Shown here piece by piece: positions 1 through 13,389 of a stretch of DNA of 64,000 bases. Below the pieces are notes generated by a model that worked only from the letters and a program-made list of their open reading frames with translations, was not told the origin of the DNA and made no database searches. The translations under genes were made by a program, and so were the position numbers. Within the stretch, counting starts at the first letter, position 1, and every line of letters starts with the position of its first letter. Source of the DNA: Octopus sinensis (lineage: Eukaryota); contig NC_043006.1 of assembly GCF_006345805.1 (NCBI RefSeq), positions 58,342,001 to 58,406,000 on the forward strand, given 5' to 3'.

Positions 1-180
1 TGACAATGACACTCATATGCAAATACCACATGATATAAAGACAAGGATACAAACACACATACATACATGTGTGTGTATATAGTACATGTATGTATGTATG
101 TATCTATCTATCTATCTAGCTATCTATCTGTCTGTCTGTCTATCTATACAACAGGTCTTTCTCTTTTTCTCAGTTTCCTA

Positions 181-411
181 TTTCTTTACTGCCCACAAGG
201 GGCTACACACTGAGGGGACAAACAAGGACAGACAAACTGATTAAGTCGATCATATCGACCCCAGTGTGTAACTGGTACTTATTTAATTGACCCTGAAAGG
301 ATGAAAAGCAAAGTCGACCTCGGCAGAATTTGAACTAAGAATGTAGCAACACACAAATTATCACTAAGCATTTCGCCCGGGGTGCTAACATTTCTACCAG
401 CTCGCCGCCTT
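181..411 (-). mobile_element. tRNA-derived SINE, family B (Nin/Sauria-like central domain), CpG-decayed copy
   Basis: Reverse complement matches the family also seen at 40720 and 62140 (ggcgagctggcagaa...gagttcaaatt...gactttgcctttcatcctttc.gggtc...aagtaccagt...tttagccccttgtggg). Confidence 0.8.
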
Positions 412-545
412 CACTCAACCAAATTCACTCACAAGGCTTTGGTCAGCCCAGGGACATAGTAAAAGACATTTGCCCAAGGTAACATGAAGTAGGACTGAAC
501 CCAGAACCATGTGATTGGGAAGCAAACTTTTTTAACATACAGCCA
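400..545 (-). mobile_element. SINE family A 5' fragment (CORE-like)
   Basis: Reverse complement of the family A head and core (cacaaggctttggtc...tttgcccaagg...ggactgaacccagaaccatgtg). Confidence 0.7.
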
Positions 546-563
546 TGCATGTGTATGTGTGTA

Positions 564-597
<34 letters not shown>

Positions 598-1056
598 ATG
601 TTCAATTAATAAACATAAGTAAAAGTATTGGTTTTTGGAGTTTCTTACCAGATGAATGATCAATCAAGTAACAAAATGTTTGATTGGTTACTGTTGAGAT
701 TTAGGGTTCTCATAAGTAGAACTAGCCAGAGTTTGCTACATCTGGCCAGCAACCTTTCCACTGATTATTCTTCAGTTACCTGTAAGATTTTTACCTTTGA
801 AAAAAAATAACTCTGACTAGTGAGAGAGTGAATCATCAACTTCGAATTGAATATGTAGGAGGGGGGAGTGCATGAGTGGGGCGGGCATTCATATGTTTAT
901 GGGTCTGTGAGTATATATCTATGCATTTCTGTGTGTGTGCCTGTGTGTGTGTGTGTGTGTGTGCATATGTAGGTGGGTTGGTGTATTTGTGTGTATGTAG
1001 GTTTGTGCATATGTGTTGGTTTGTACATTGTGTATATGAGTGTGTATTTGTGTGTG

Positions 1057-1345
1057 TGTTGTTTGTTCCTTCTCGAGCCGTGCCTGGCTCATAAGGGCTG
1101 GTTTCCCGGTTTCTTGGCGTATAGGTTCCCTACCTGGACAGGACGCCAGTCCGTCGCAGGTGAGCTGCAAGATGCAGGAGGAAAGAGTGAGAGAAAGTTG
1201 TGGCGAAAGAGTCAGCAGAAGTTTGCCATTACCTTCTGTCGGAGCCGTGTGAAGCTTAGGTGTTTTTGCTCATAAACACACACATCGCCTGGTCTAAGAT
1301 TCGAACCCACGATCCCTCGACCGCTCTAACCACTAGGCCATGTGC
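1057..1345 (-). mobile_element. tRNA-derived SINE family D
   Basis: Near-identical to 41754-42036; tRNA-like A/B boxes on the minus strand (tggcctagtggttagag...gggttcgaatc). Confidence 0.8.
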
Positions 1346-1990
1346 CTCCATGTGTGTGTGTGTGTGTATGTGAGTGGGATGATGCATTTGTGTTTGTTGA
1401 TTCTTACATTGTATGTGTGTGTGCAATGGTGTGGAGGTTGGTGCATTTGTGTGTATATAGGCTCTTGCATGTATGTGTTGGTTAGTGCATTGTGTGTGTA
1501 TGTGCGCGCACACACACACACTTGTACTTACAGATCAACTCAGGCTTCATTTTAAGACTTAAAAATAGTCAGAAAACAGCTCAATGCAGAGATGCTGTAA
1601 TAGATAATTGAAGCACCAAGATATTTATGTTACTAATTAGTTATCAATAGTACTTTATTTACTAATTATATTAATTAAACTAGCATATGGGTTCAACAGA
1701 GTTCAGCATGTCTGGCAGTTACACAACCATATTTATACCTCTCATTGTAAACATTCTGTAGGTGGAGGTGAGAAGCAAAGAAGATTATTATTATTATTAT
1801 TAATATTCTGTTACCAAGATGATATAACTAACAAGTTCTGAAGGCGGGGGGGGGGGTAAGAATGGAGATTAGGTCAGAAGACAGACAGGAACTGTCGTTG
1901 AAGTGGTTCTGGTTGTTTAGCCCTAAATCAGCTCTGATCAGGCAGACCTACTGCCAAAGGCATTCCAACTGTTGCATTTTCATAAAGATA

Positions 1991-2403
1991 GGCGCAGGAG
2001 TGGCTGTGAGGTAAGTAGCTTGTTTACCAACCACATGGTTCCAGGTTCAGTCCCACTGCGTGGCACCTTGGGCAAGTGTCTTCTACTATAGCCTCGGGCT
2101 GGCCAAAGCCTTGTGAGTGGATTTGGTAGACGGAAACTGAAAAGAAGCCCGTCGTATATATGTATATATATATCTATGCATGTGTGTGTTTGTGTGTCTG
2201 TGTTTGTCCCCCCCTCGCATTGCTTGACAACCGATGCTGGTGTGTCCCCGTTACTTAGCGGTTCGGCAAAAGAGACCAATAGAATAAGTACTGGGCTTAC
2301 AAAAGAATAAGTCCCGGGGTCGAGTTGCTCGATTAAAGGCGGTGCTCCAGCATGGCCGCAGTCAAATGACTGAAACAAGTAAAAGAGTAAAGAGTAAAGA
2401 GTA
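1991..2403 (+). mobile_element. Full-length tRNA-derived CORE-like SINE family A
   Basis: Head ggcgcaggagtggctgtg.ggtaag, B box ggttcagtcccac, core gcaccttgggcaagtgtct, (aaagagt)n tail; more than 15 related copies in the window. Confidence 0.9.
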
Positions 2404-2424
2404 TATCTAGTATTTCAGTAAGGA

Positions 2425-2630
2425 AGGGAACTGGCAGAATTGTTGGCATGCCAGGAAAATGCTTAGTGGCATTTCATCCATCTTTACGTTCTCAGTTCAA
2501 ATTCTGCTGAGGCTGACTCTGCCTTTCGTCCTTTCGGGGTTGATAAAATAAGTACTAGTTTAGTACTGGGGTCAATGCTATCAACATGCCCCCTCCACCG
2601 GAATTACTGGCCTTGTGCCAAAATTTGAAA
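2425..2630 (+). mobile_element. SINE family B, CpG-decayed
   Basis: Matches the family B consensus with many CG>TG/CA changes. Confidence 0.75.
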
Positions 2631-2663
2631 TTATTATTATTATTATCACTATTACAATTATGT

Positions 2664-3045
2664 GGAGGCGCAATGGCCCAGTGGTTAGGGCAGCGGACTC
2701 GCAGTCATAGGATCGCGGTTTCGATTCCCAGACCGAGCGTTGTGAGTGTTTATTGAGCAAAAACACCTAAAGTTCCACAAGGCTCCGGCAGGGGATGGTG
2801 GTGATCCCTGCTGTACTCTTTCACCACAACTTTCTCTCACTCTTACTTCCTGTTTCTGTTGTACTTGTATTTCAAAGGGCCGGCCTTGTCACTCTCTGTG
2901 TCACGCTGAATATCCCCGAGAACTACGTTAAGGGTACACGTGTCTGTGGAGTGCTCAGCCACTTACACGTTAATTTCACGAGCAGGCTGTTCCGTTGATT
3001 CGGATCAACCGGAACCCTTGTCGTATTAACCGAGTGCTTCCCATT
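2664..3045 (+). mobile_element. tRNA-derived SINE family C
   Basis: A box tggcccagtggttagg, B box ggtttcgattccc, then a ~300-bp non-tRNA body. Confidence 0.75.
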
Positions 3046-3337
3046 ACAATTATTATCATCATCATCATTATTTAGTAGAAGGAGGAGGTGAAGCAGTTGC
3101 CTTGACCTTTGTCAGCCCTTCCATGCTGTTGAGATCAATGAAGCTAATGTTCAGCCTGAAAGGTGAGATCAATACTAAGAAAAGATAATGCAATAAGCAG
3201 GGCAGAGCAATGGGTGATGATGTCTACAAAAGGAGACATCACTATATCTTATTGATATAATCACTTACAGACGATGACTAGAAACATATAGTAAGGTCAA
3301 CTGGAAGTGGAGTAGAGTGAGGAGGTGGTTCATATAC

Positions 3338-3637
3338 ATCTTTATATATAAAAGTGAAGTTGTGTGTCTGTCTCCTACAATTTAGATTCCTAACTACTCC
3401 CACATTTTGCGGTGCAGTTTAACCAAAAGCGGGTATCTTATAGTTGTGATTCATATCGACCCCTTCTGGGTATTAGCGCACGTCCACGATGAGTCTACAA
3501 TTTAAAAAAAAATTTACCATCATTTTTTCCCATTTTTAATTCATTTTTTGGCTATTATATAAGGGAAGTAACTCTCTAAAAATGCTTATATAGTTATTTC
3601 CCTTACAAACCCAAGCAACGCCGGGCGATACTGCTAG
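3338..3637 (+). mobile_element. Non-autonomous Helitron/Helentron-type element (HINE/DINE-like)
   Basis: Starts atctttatatataaaagtg...tgtgtgtctgtc, ends gcaacgccgggcgatactgCTAG; related copy in opposite orientation at 11100-11485. Confidence 0.65.
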
Positions 3638-3679
3638 TTTCTAAATAAATGTAAATAAATAGCTGTTGTTGCTTAGCTC

Positions 3680-4005
3680 CAGTGTTTGAATATGACTGTG
3701 AAACACAGAGAAATCTCTACCACAGGATCAGTTGCTTGTCCAACAAGGCAGTATCTACATTAGAGGCTCTCAACTGGGGTCCATCTAAAATTTTGGGGGT
3801 TCCACACAAGCAAAATACCAAACTGGGGATCTATGTTAGTATTTTAAGGTCCTTAAAAGATTTTTGCTTTAGATGCATTTATTACAAAAGACAGCTAGGT
3901 TTCTTTCTCCAATGTTTTACAAAGTTCAACCTACACAAGTTAATGTGTGAAAAACAAATTAGAAACTTTAAAAGATTATCTATAAAAGAAGTTTTTAAAC
4001 AACCG
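3680..4005 (+). mobile_element. RTE-clade LINE ORF fossil (post-RT region)
   Basis: Translation NTKLGIYVSILRSL...KRQLGFFLQCFTKFNLHKL resembles the RTE 'TKLxIYxAxVxSxLLYG' region. Confidence 0.5.
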
Positions 4006-6514
4006 CGGGCATGGCTGTGTGGTTAGGGAGCTTGCTTCCTAGCTACATGGTTCCGGGTTCAGTCCCACTGCGTGGCATTTTGGGCAGGTGTCTTCCACTA
4101 TAGCCCCGAGCTGACCGGAGCTTTGTGATTGAATTCGGTAGGTGGAAGTTACTGCCGTGTGTGTATATGTGCGTATAGCTGCTCAGTGCCTCTCCGAAAG
4201 AGAGAGAGGGAAATGGCTAAGGGGGGTCCACCAGGATCGAATACTAATCAAAGGGGCCCATAAATAAAAAAAACGGTTGGGAACTACCGATCTACATGGT
4301 CAATCAATATGCTAGAAATAACAGCCAAATCTCCCTTAATCCTTTAGCATTCAGATTACTCTGTTGCATGTAATGCTTATTAATTAACATTGTTTTGAAT
4401 TAATTATGCATTATTCTGTGGCTTCGACATTTCAATGGTGTGGTTGTTTATTTTTAGAATGACATTGTATGGTTGGTGTGAGAGGTCAGATCTGATCACT
4501 TTGAACATAAAACTTGTAAAATATTTGGGGACGGATATGGCCAGTTTAAATGCTAGAGGGTTAAATGACATCCCACTATTAAAGATGAAATTTACAAAAC
4601 GTGTGTGTGAGTGTGTGTGTATTTGCTGTCACAAAGATATTCACTTCTCTAACACAAGAATTAAGATTTAGTTCCACTAAACAGCACCTTGGACAAATGT
4701 CTTTTACTATATAGTTCCAGGCCAACCATTGCTTTGTGAGTGAATTTGGTAGACAGAAGCTATACAAAGCCTGTTATCATCACCATCTTCATCTTTTAAT
4801 GTCTACTTTCCATACCAGCATGGGTTGGATGGCTTGACAGGAGCTGGTAGGCCAAGGGACAGTGCCAAGCTCTAGTGTCTGCTTTGGCATGGTTTCATCA
4901 GTTGGTTGTCCTCCCTAACACCAACCACTGTACAGAGTGTATTAGGTACTTTTCATGTGGCACCAGCACTAGTTAGGTCCCTAAGCAACATGCAAGACAA
5001 GACCTTTTAATTGAAGCTGGGGAGTAGTATTGAGGAAGATGGCTCTGTGTCAGGTGATGAAAGGCTATGGTATGATAGAGGGACAGTAACAGATGCTTTG
5101 CTATAGAGGAGATACATGGCTACCCCAGCTGGAAAGACAAGGGAGAGAGTAGATGGTGAAGATGTGTCAGCGTGCACCCTCAAGTTACAGGGAGATGTAT
5201 ATACGTAGTACAGAGGACTGGATAAGGTGAACGGGCAGGTTAGTTCACGAGGGTGCAAAAGAAGAAAGGGAGATGGTGGTGAGGAGAATGCAGAGAGTGA
5301 ACACAGGTAGAGGGAGGGGTTTAGGAAGATGAGACGTTGGAGAGAGAGATTCATTAAGGACAAATTGTGCACAGTTAAGCTTGCGAGAGTACAAAAGGAG
5401 AATGGGAAATAGGAGAGAAGAAACAAAGTAAAGGTAAAGGCAACTTCAAGTCATGCTGACTCATAAGGGCCAGTTTACCCAGTTTCCATGACATAGAAAT
5501 TTCTCACCTGGACAGGTAAGAATTACCATAGAATTACTCATTTTTGCCAGCTGAGTGGACTGAAGCAATGTGAAATGAAGTGTTTTGCTCAAGAAAACAA
5601 TGCATTGCCTGGTCTAGGAATTGAAACCACAATCTTAATGATCAGGTGTCCAACACCCTAACTACTAAGCCATGCACCTCCACATAGGAAAAAAAGAAAT
5701 GCAGTGAGTGGTAAACATGAGTGGCTGGAGAGAGGGAGGGGTGGTAGGAAGATGAGTTGTGTGGAAGAGGGGTTTACACATAAAAGACATACTTTTAGGG
5801 AGTCATTTTTACTTAAATATACAGGTCATCTCAAGCAATATCAGCGTGTGTGTTTGTGTGTGATTGTGAGTGCAAACTACAGACAGTGATGTCTGTTGAT
5901 ATAGCCCTTTCAATAAATCATCCACTAGCTATGAGCTTTTAAAAATGAGTAAATGAAAACTCCCTTACTTTAAAGATAGGTAAGGGTTAGTGACAAGAAG
6001 GACATCTGGCTGTAAAACAATGATTCAATATGTATTCATCTAACATTGTTCAGTGGATGACAGTAGTGATGTCCCAATCAGGTTGCACTCCCTCCCCTTT
6101 GCTCAAGGGCTCATAGGCTTTCTCGGAAGTACTCTTTTCCAGTAAATTTGACAGTGTAGTGAAAACATAGATCTTAAATATATGGTGTATCTTAAATGGC
6201 AAAAGTTGGCCCATGAGTTCATATAGTTTGTAGACCATGTATATTTTTCTATCTCATTCCTCCCTACCACATTTTCTCTTCAACTGATTTTATGCTACTC
6301 CCAACAAAAACTGTAAATTTATTTGTGTAATATCCCTGTCAACTGAAGGGGATATTACTTCAGTTGAGGGGTCTTGCCTTGCAAGGTACTTGGTGACCCC
6401 ATTAGTGCTGGTAACATGTAAAAAGCATCCAGTACACTTGTGACAAGAGTTTCCACTGGCAGTGCCCCAGCATGGCTACAGCCTTAGGGCTGAAACATAT
6501 ATAAGAATAAAAGA

Positions 6515-6570
<56 letters not shown>

Positions 6571-7204
6571 CATATATATCATATATTTATATTGATTTTC
6601 CATTTTAGCACATGGCCGGTAATTTCAGGAAAAGGGCTAAGTTGATTACAATGACCCCAGTATTCAACTGGGACTTACTTTATCAACCTCAAAAAGATGA
6701 AAGGCAAAGTTGACTTCAGCAGCATTTGAACTCAGAACATAAAGATGGACAAAACCCTGCTAAGCATTTTGCCAAACATGCTAATAATTCTGCCAGCTCA
6801 CCGCTTTACTTTCAACATCATCATCTTTTAACAACCTGGCATGGGTTGGACGGTTTGACAGGAGCTGACCAGCTCAAAGACTGCCCATGCTCTTTGTCTG
6901 TTTTGGCAAAATTTCTATGAAATCATCATCACCACCCAACTACCACCACCATCATCACCATGGATTTTTTTTTTTTCCTTTCACTCTCTTGCTCTCTCTC
7001 TCTCTTTTCATCTCCTTTTTTTTCTTAAGAAGAGGAAGAAGATGAATCATCTACTAATAGAACAGAGTCAGAAATAATAGAATGGCAGAATGTTAGAATA
7101 AAGAATACGAAAAATAATAAACAAAACCCAAAAACATGGGAGTGAGAGAGATGGAAAAATTTAACTCAAATATATAAATCTTGGTTACTTGAGAAAGAAC
7201 TTAC

Positions 7205-7341
7205 TCTCTTGAGTTCTGATGGAGTTTCTGGTCAATATGTGCCATGATACCATCAAGAGCACCAACACTGGGTAATCCATTTTCAAAAACATTCTGAAGA
7301 ACAGGAAACTCTTCGGAATCCAAACCAGATGGAGATGCCAT
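7205..7341 (-). CDS. Putative first coding exon of an unidentified host gene (MASPSGLDSEEFPVLQNVFENGLPSVGALDGIMAHIDQKLHQNSR, phase 2); whole exon 7205-7395
   Basis: Acceptor tattcctcttttcAG at 7396, gccATGg context with an in-frame upstream TAA, donor GTAAGT at 7204, A/T-ending codon bias, unique non-repetitive sequence. Downstream exons not located. Confidence 0.55.
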
Positions 7342-7440
7342 GGCAAATGTCAGTTCACATTAACTTCATTGTTATACATCACAGTCAATGCAGGTCTGAA
7401 AAGAGGAATACCAATATTCTTTTTTACCAAAAAAAAAACC

Positions 7441-7476
<36 letters not shown>

Positions 7477-7514
7477 CTGAAAACAAGTTCATTTATATCT
7501 AAAGTTTCTAAATG

Positions 7515-7565
<51 letters not shown>

Positions 7566-8689
7566 GTTTTGATATCATCATTGCTATATCATACACTCTT
7601 CCATGCTTGCATGGCTCATTCGGAGTTTACTCATGCAGATTTTTCTCAGCTGGATTCCCTTCCCGTAACCAACCCTCACCTGTTTCCAAACAAGGTAATA
7701 TTTCCTCCCATTGCCAGACATGGTTTCATGGAATTCCTTGAAGTGAATGACACTGCTTTTATGGCAGTGACACTCTATGACAACTAACACACAATGTCAA
7801 GATAAAGAGGCACACACACACACAGATAGATACTTCTCAATCACACAGCTAAGCTTGCACCTTTGGGTTCAATCCTCCTACAGGACACCTTGGACATGTG
7901 TCTTCTATTAAAGTCCTGGGCTGGCCAAGTGAATTTGGTAGAAACTGTAGGGATTCCAAGGTATTTTGTGTGTGTATGCAGTGTGTGTGTGTGTGTGCGC
8001 GTGTGTGTGTGTGTGTATGGATCTGCTGATCCCGACACTTTTTTCTCTCGCTCTCTCTTCAATTTTTTCCCCTCTCATCCCTTTCTATCAAAGAGCGGAA
8101 GCTCAAAATATCAAAGATTTTTCTATTTTTCCCAAGCATCAAACTATTACACCTGCTTGCTGTTTGCTCACCAGTATCTGTCTTTTGTTTTCTGTACTTT
8201 TGAACCATATATATGTATATACAAGCAAAAGCCCCCTTCTTCCCCCGTCCAATGGACGGTGCTGAGTTGTCAAACATTTAAACCAAATTTTCTCAAAAGA
8301 ACTTGTCCAACCGTGCCATAGGCCTCCCCTTTGAGAAACACTGATTTAGCCTAAATTTGAGACGCCAACAAAAGAATAAATAAAGATAGACTTTTTTTCT
8401 ATTCCAAAGAAAAACGATTTTATTCACACAAATATGCAACCGAAGAGTTTAAAGTACCAGTAAGTACATCGCAACAGCTGATGTACTTGCGTGTACAAAT
8501 TTACATTCCCACGGCTTTATCGATCACATTCTAACCTGGAATCGATTTTTGTAATTTTTTCAAGACTTATACACGTCCTGATACTGTCAGTATCTGCATA
8601 TCAAATTTGAGCGCAAACGGATGGAGGATGCCCGAGATCCTAGAAGACACACACACACAGAACAGATTTTATATTATATATATATATCA

Positions 8690-9020
8690 TCATCATCATC
8701 ATCATTTAACGTCCGCTTTCCATGCTAGCATGGGTTGGACGATTTTGACTGGGGGCTGGCGAACCAGATGGCTGCACCAGGCTCCAGTCTTGATTTGGCA
8801 GAGATTCTACAGCTGGATGCCCTTCCTAATGCCAACCACTCCGAGAGTGTAGTGGGTGCTTTTTACGTGCCACTGGCACGGGGGCCAGTCAGGCGGTACT
8901 GGCAACGACCTCACTCGAATCCTTTTATACATGCCACCAGCACAGGTGCCAGAAGGCGACTTTGGCAACGATTACACTCGAATGGTGCCCTTTTACGTGC
9001 CCACTGGCACAGAAGCCAGT
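8690..9020 (-). mobile_element. SINE/LINE-tail element family E with (GAT)n tail and internal ~60-bp repeats
   Basis: (cat)n-ttaacgtccgctttccatgctagcatgggttggac...; copies at 10155, 17760, 4780, 36350 and others. Confidence 0.75.
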
Positions 9021-10135
9021 TATATATATATATATATACATACATACACACACACAATAGGGTAAGTCAAAAATTATATGCATATTTGATTCTGTAATTT
9101 ATTAAAACAAAAGCAGAGGTTGAACAATTACATTTTTCTACATAGTCTCACAGAGTGTGTGTCTGTGTGTGTGCACGCACACACGCATGCGCTTATTAAA
9201 GAGCATGTAAGGATAGGAAATGCTATCACAGTCAACATGAACATACACTAAAATGCTTCAGAAAAATATATAATCCTATCTTACAATTTTCAAAATAACT
9301 ATGGAATTTAGTACAATATCATTTTGTCAACCAAACAGTAAATCTTTAGCATTTATTCAATCCACATTTATTTCATTGTTGTTAAATAACAGACAGAATA
9401 CATATGACTTTCATCTCTAAAAATGTAATTGGAATGTTTTGTTGTTCCTAGTCTGTCAATCAGTGCTAGCTTTGGTCTGAGCATCAAAAAGCAACATCAA
9501 AATCAAAAGATGTTAATGCCGTGTTTTTCACAGAACATTCTAGAGTCAACAATAATTGAATCAACATAGTGAGCCCTTTTGATGCCAACTGCCATATGAT
9601 CATCCTTGGTTCTATGATACGAACTTACTGTTTTAGAGTGATCTAAATTTAACCTCCAATAAAAATTTCACACTACTTTATGTTTTACACGCCAGATTAT
9701 TAATGACAGTTATATTACTAAATCCTGCATTATTTTCAAACTTAATCGAAACAAAAGCAATGTATTTCAACAGAAATATGGTAACAAAAGGGAAGACTAG
9801 TTTTATCACTGATGATTGTGCCCATCATTTTGGTTACTGATTCCACCAAACCAAAATAGAACCGTAGTTAAGTAGAGGTCACTGCTGGAGACAGAGGTTG
9901 TATTGTATTGTTCCAGTGATCATGAATGAATAAATACACTTTGACATTTTTTCAACCAATTCAATTACAACCATACAAAACTGGATATTTTATTAATTAT
10001 TTTTGCACAAATAAACCACAGAACATTGCACCAAATACTGCATGTATTCTTCCAAAAATATCCCTCACTAAACTGCCTTTCCACCCTCTGTTGAATTTCC
10101 AAAAACTACAAACAAATATGCCTTACACAGATATA

Positions 10136-10154
<19 letters not shown>

Positions 10155-10175
<21 letters not shown>

Positions 10176-10760
10176 ATCATCATCATCATTTAACGTCCGC
10201 TTTCCATGCTAGCATGGGTTGGACAAATGACTGAGGGCTGGCGAACCAGATGGCTGCACCAGGCTTCAATCTTGATCTGGCAGAGTTTCTACAGCTGGAT
10301 GCCCTTCCTAACGCCAACCACTCCGAGAGTGAAGTGGGTGCTTTTATGTGCCACCGGCACGGGGCCAGTCAGGCGGTACTGGCAACGACCTCGCTCAAAT
10401 CTTTTACACATGCCACCGGCACAGGTGCCAGTAAGGCAATGCTGGTAACGATCACGCTCGAATGGTGTCTTTTACATGCCACCGGCACGGAGGCCAGATA
10501 GCTGCTCTGGCAATGATCAAGCTTGGATGGTGCTCTTAATACCCTACTAGCATGGGGCTCAAGTGCCAGTAAGGCAATGCTGGTAACGATCACGCTCGAA
10601 TGGTGCCTTTTAAGTGCCACTGGCACGAAGCCGGTTAGCCACTCTGTCAATGATCACACTCATATGGTGCTCTTTGCACCCCGCTAGCACGGACGCCATT
10701 CATCGATTTTGATTTTGATTTCACTTGCCTCAACAGGTCTTCGCAAGCAGAGTTTTAGTG
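10155..10760 (-). mobile_element. Family E element with expanded internal tandem units
   Basis: Same head as 8690; repeated tgccaccggcac...ggcaatgctggtaacgatcacgctcgaatggtg units. Confidence 0.75.
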
Positions 10761-11099
10761 TCCAAAGAACGAAAAGGTACACATAAGTATATATATATAT
10801 ATATAGCAAAAACTTCTATGAAACTATAGTTTAACCCTTTAGCGTTCAAATTGTTCTGTCAAATATAATGCTTATTCATTCCCATTGCTTTAAATTAATC
10901 ATGCATTATGTCGTAGCTGTGATATTGTAGGGTAGGTGCAAGAAGCTGAATCTGGCTGGTCTGAACATAAAGGAGGTAGAATATTTAGGCTGGATATGAC
11001 CAGTTTGAATGCTAAAGGTTTAAATTAGCTTTTATTGTCTTTCATAACACTGAGAAGACACCAAAATACTAGTCAATCTGTATCATGAACAATATAAGA

Positions 11100-11485
11100 T
11101 ACTAGCAGTATCGCCCGGCGTTGCTCAGGTTTGTAAGGGAAATAACTATAAAGCATTTTTAGAGAGTTATAGCCAAAAAATAGCAAAAAAATGGAAAAAA
11201 ATGATGGTAAATTTTTTTTTGAGAGTTAAAAAAGGTCAAGTTGCATCCCCTAGACAGTCTGTGGTTTGTGTTTCTGATTCTCGACCCCATGTCGAATTTA
11301 TCGATTTTTTTCAGAACTGGGGGAACTTTTCAAAATTTTCGCGGCGTTAGTTTTGAATTATGACATTGGGCTATGTGTGTGTCAAGTTTCATCAGAATCG
11401 GTTGAAAGCCGTGGTCAGGGTGAGGGTACAACCAAACAGACACACAGAAACACACAGAGACAAACTGCCGTTTATATAGAGAGAG
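11100..11485 (-). mobile_element. Non-autonomous Helitron/HINE-like element
   Basis: tactagcagtatcgcccggcgttgc... is the reverse complement of the 3' end of the 3338 copy. Confidence 0.65.
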
Positions 11486-11966
11486 ACTAGTGTACTGGTC
11501 AAAGTGAACCAAGTGCAGTATAAAACACACACATACTAGTCAAAATTGCACCATGTACAACATAAAATACCAGGATACTGGTCATCTTGGAACATGCACA
11601 ATATAATAGACACCAACATGCCTGTCAATTAGACCAAGTACCGGGCATCAATATACTAGTCGAGAGAAGTGTGGGTAATGCTGCAATATGACAAACACTG
11701 TAAGAGTATGAGATATGATCTCTTTCATACCCTTCACTTGTGACACTTGCAAAAATTAGTTGACATGATGTGAGAGCATTGAGCTACAACAGCTTGTTTG
11801 CAGGAAGAAGAACACGAAATACAAAAAGGAAGATGTTAGCTGTATTTTCCTATTAACAGCTGATCATACATCACCATCTGCATGAATAGGACAATTCAGC
11901 AAATCAACTAAGCCTCCCCACTTAAAGTAGCTGGCCTTGTGCCTAAATTAGAAATACTACTACTAC

Positions 11967-12007
<41 letters not shown>

Positions 12008-13357
12008 GATGGCAAACTGGCAAAATTGTTAATGTTTCAGACAAAATGCTTAGTGGTATTTTATCTGATTCTCTAAGTTCTAAGCCACACACATTGATCT
12101 CAGCCCTATCTCTGCTAAAACATTCCTAAGACCAACTTCCAAGAGAGCCTCAATATAGCCACATCACTGGTAGAAATAACAGCAAAAACCCACTCTACCT
12201 TCATAAAGAAAAAGGACAGATTGGATAATGTAGTCTAGGATACACTGCACATCGGAACCAAAATAGGATAGTCATAGCTAGAACATCTTTGATCACAGGT
12301 CTGCAGGATTGTGCAGGATTAGAGCTGAGCTAAAAACACCCACAACAGTGATAGAACCCCTCTGCTCATTACTCAATACCATTGCCAATAGCCATCTGTC
12401 TCTTATGTAACCCCACTATGACCATCACCCCACCTTATCATCAAACAATGGTTTAATGCCATAGTTACAGGAATTTCCATTCACCAACACAGTTCTTTGA
12501 TGAAAGAAAAATTAAGCAGATTAACTGTGACTGCTACAAGAGACTGTAGATTTAATAGCATTATTTTCAACATAAATCCGATATTTATCATGTCAGACTA
12601 ACTAGTATGCAATGGGTACGCCACATAGTCACTCAATCTGTTGAAATAACAACTAAATTCTTCTTCAAATTACACCCTACTGTCTTAAATAAGGAAAAGA
12701 TATGTTGAATAATGTAATCCTACAATTCTACATATTCTTAAAACAAAGTGTGATGATCACAGCTGGAATGTCTCTTGATCACAGGTCTGCTCTATCAGAG
12801 CTGACCTGGGGCTAAACAACAACAACAGCAACAACCAATATATGTTTTGTTGAACAGTTAATTGTTAATGGATCACAATAAACTATCAGTGAAACCATCA
12901 AATCAATATGCGTCTCAGACAAGTAGTGGTGGTAGGAGTGAAGGTGGTGCTGCTGGTAGCAATTGTGGTGGTGGTGGTGGTAGTGGCGGTGGTAGTGGCG
13001 GTGGTAGCGGTAGAAGACAGTAAATACACATTCAGTCACCATTACAGTGTTTTTTTTCAATATGTTTCTCCTGAAATGCTGCTACCTCAAAGCATTCTCC
13101 ACTGCCCCTCCCCTCCCCCTCCACATCCCCTCCACCTCCCAACATACAACACATCAAACCAGTACATGTGTCTCAGTCATGAAGAAGCACCTGGTATTTA
13201 TTCTATAAATATTCATTCATTCACCATTTCCAGTTTTCTTCAGTTTCTTCTCAAAAACTAAAAAAAAAACACAACACAACACACCACCGCTGCCAAACAA
13301 GCTAACAAGGTTGTTATTTATTCTCTATCAGTTCTTTTCCATAAATCAATCAATCCA

Positions 13358-13388
<31 letters not shown>

Positions 13389-13389
13389 C

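Noticed and set aside
649-779. Exon-like segment with AG/GT signals on the minus strand
   Set aside because: Stops in all three frames; cannot continue the 7205 exon
1532-1594. 63-nt minus-strand segment with good acceptor and GTAAGT donor
   Set aside because: Stops in all three frames; could only be non-coding or a poison exon, with no other support
1739-1755. 17-nt microexon candidate in frame with the 7205 exon (EMFTMR)
   Set aside because: Signals of this size occur by chance; no compatible next exon found
1991-2065. tRNA gene calls at SINE heads (also 2664 and 54560-54610)
   Set aside because: A/B boxes only, no complete cloverleaf; the 1991 and 2664 heads continue into SINE bodies
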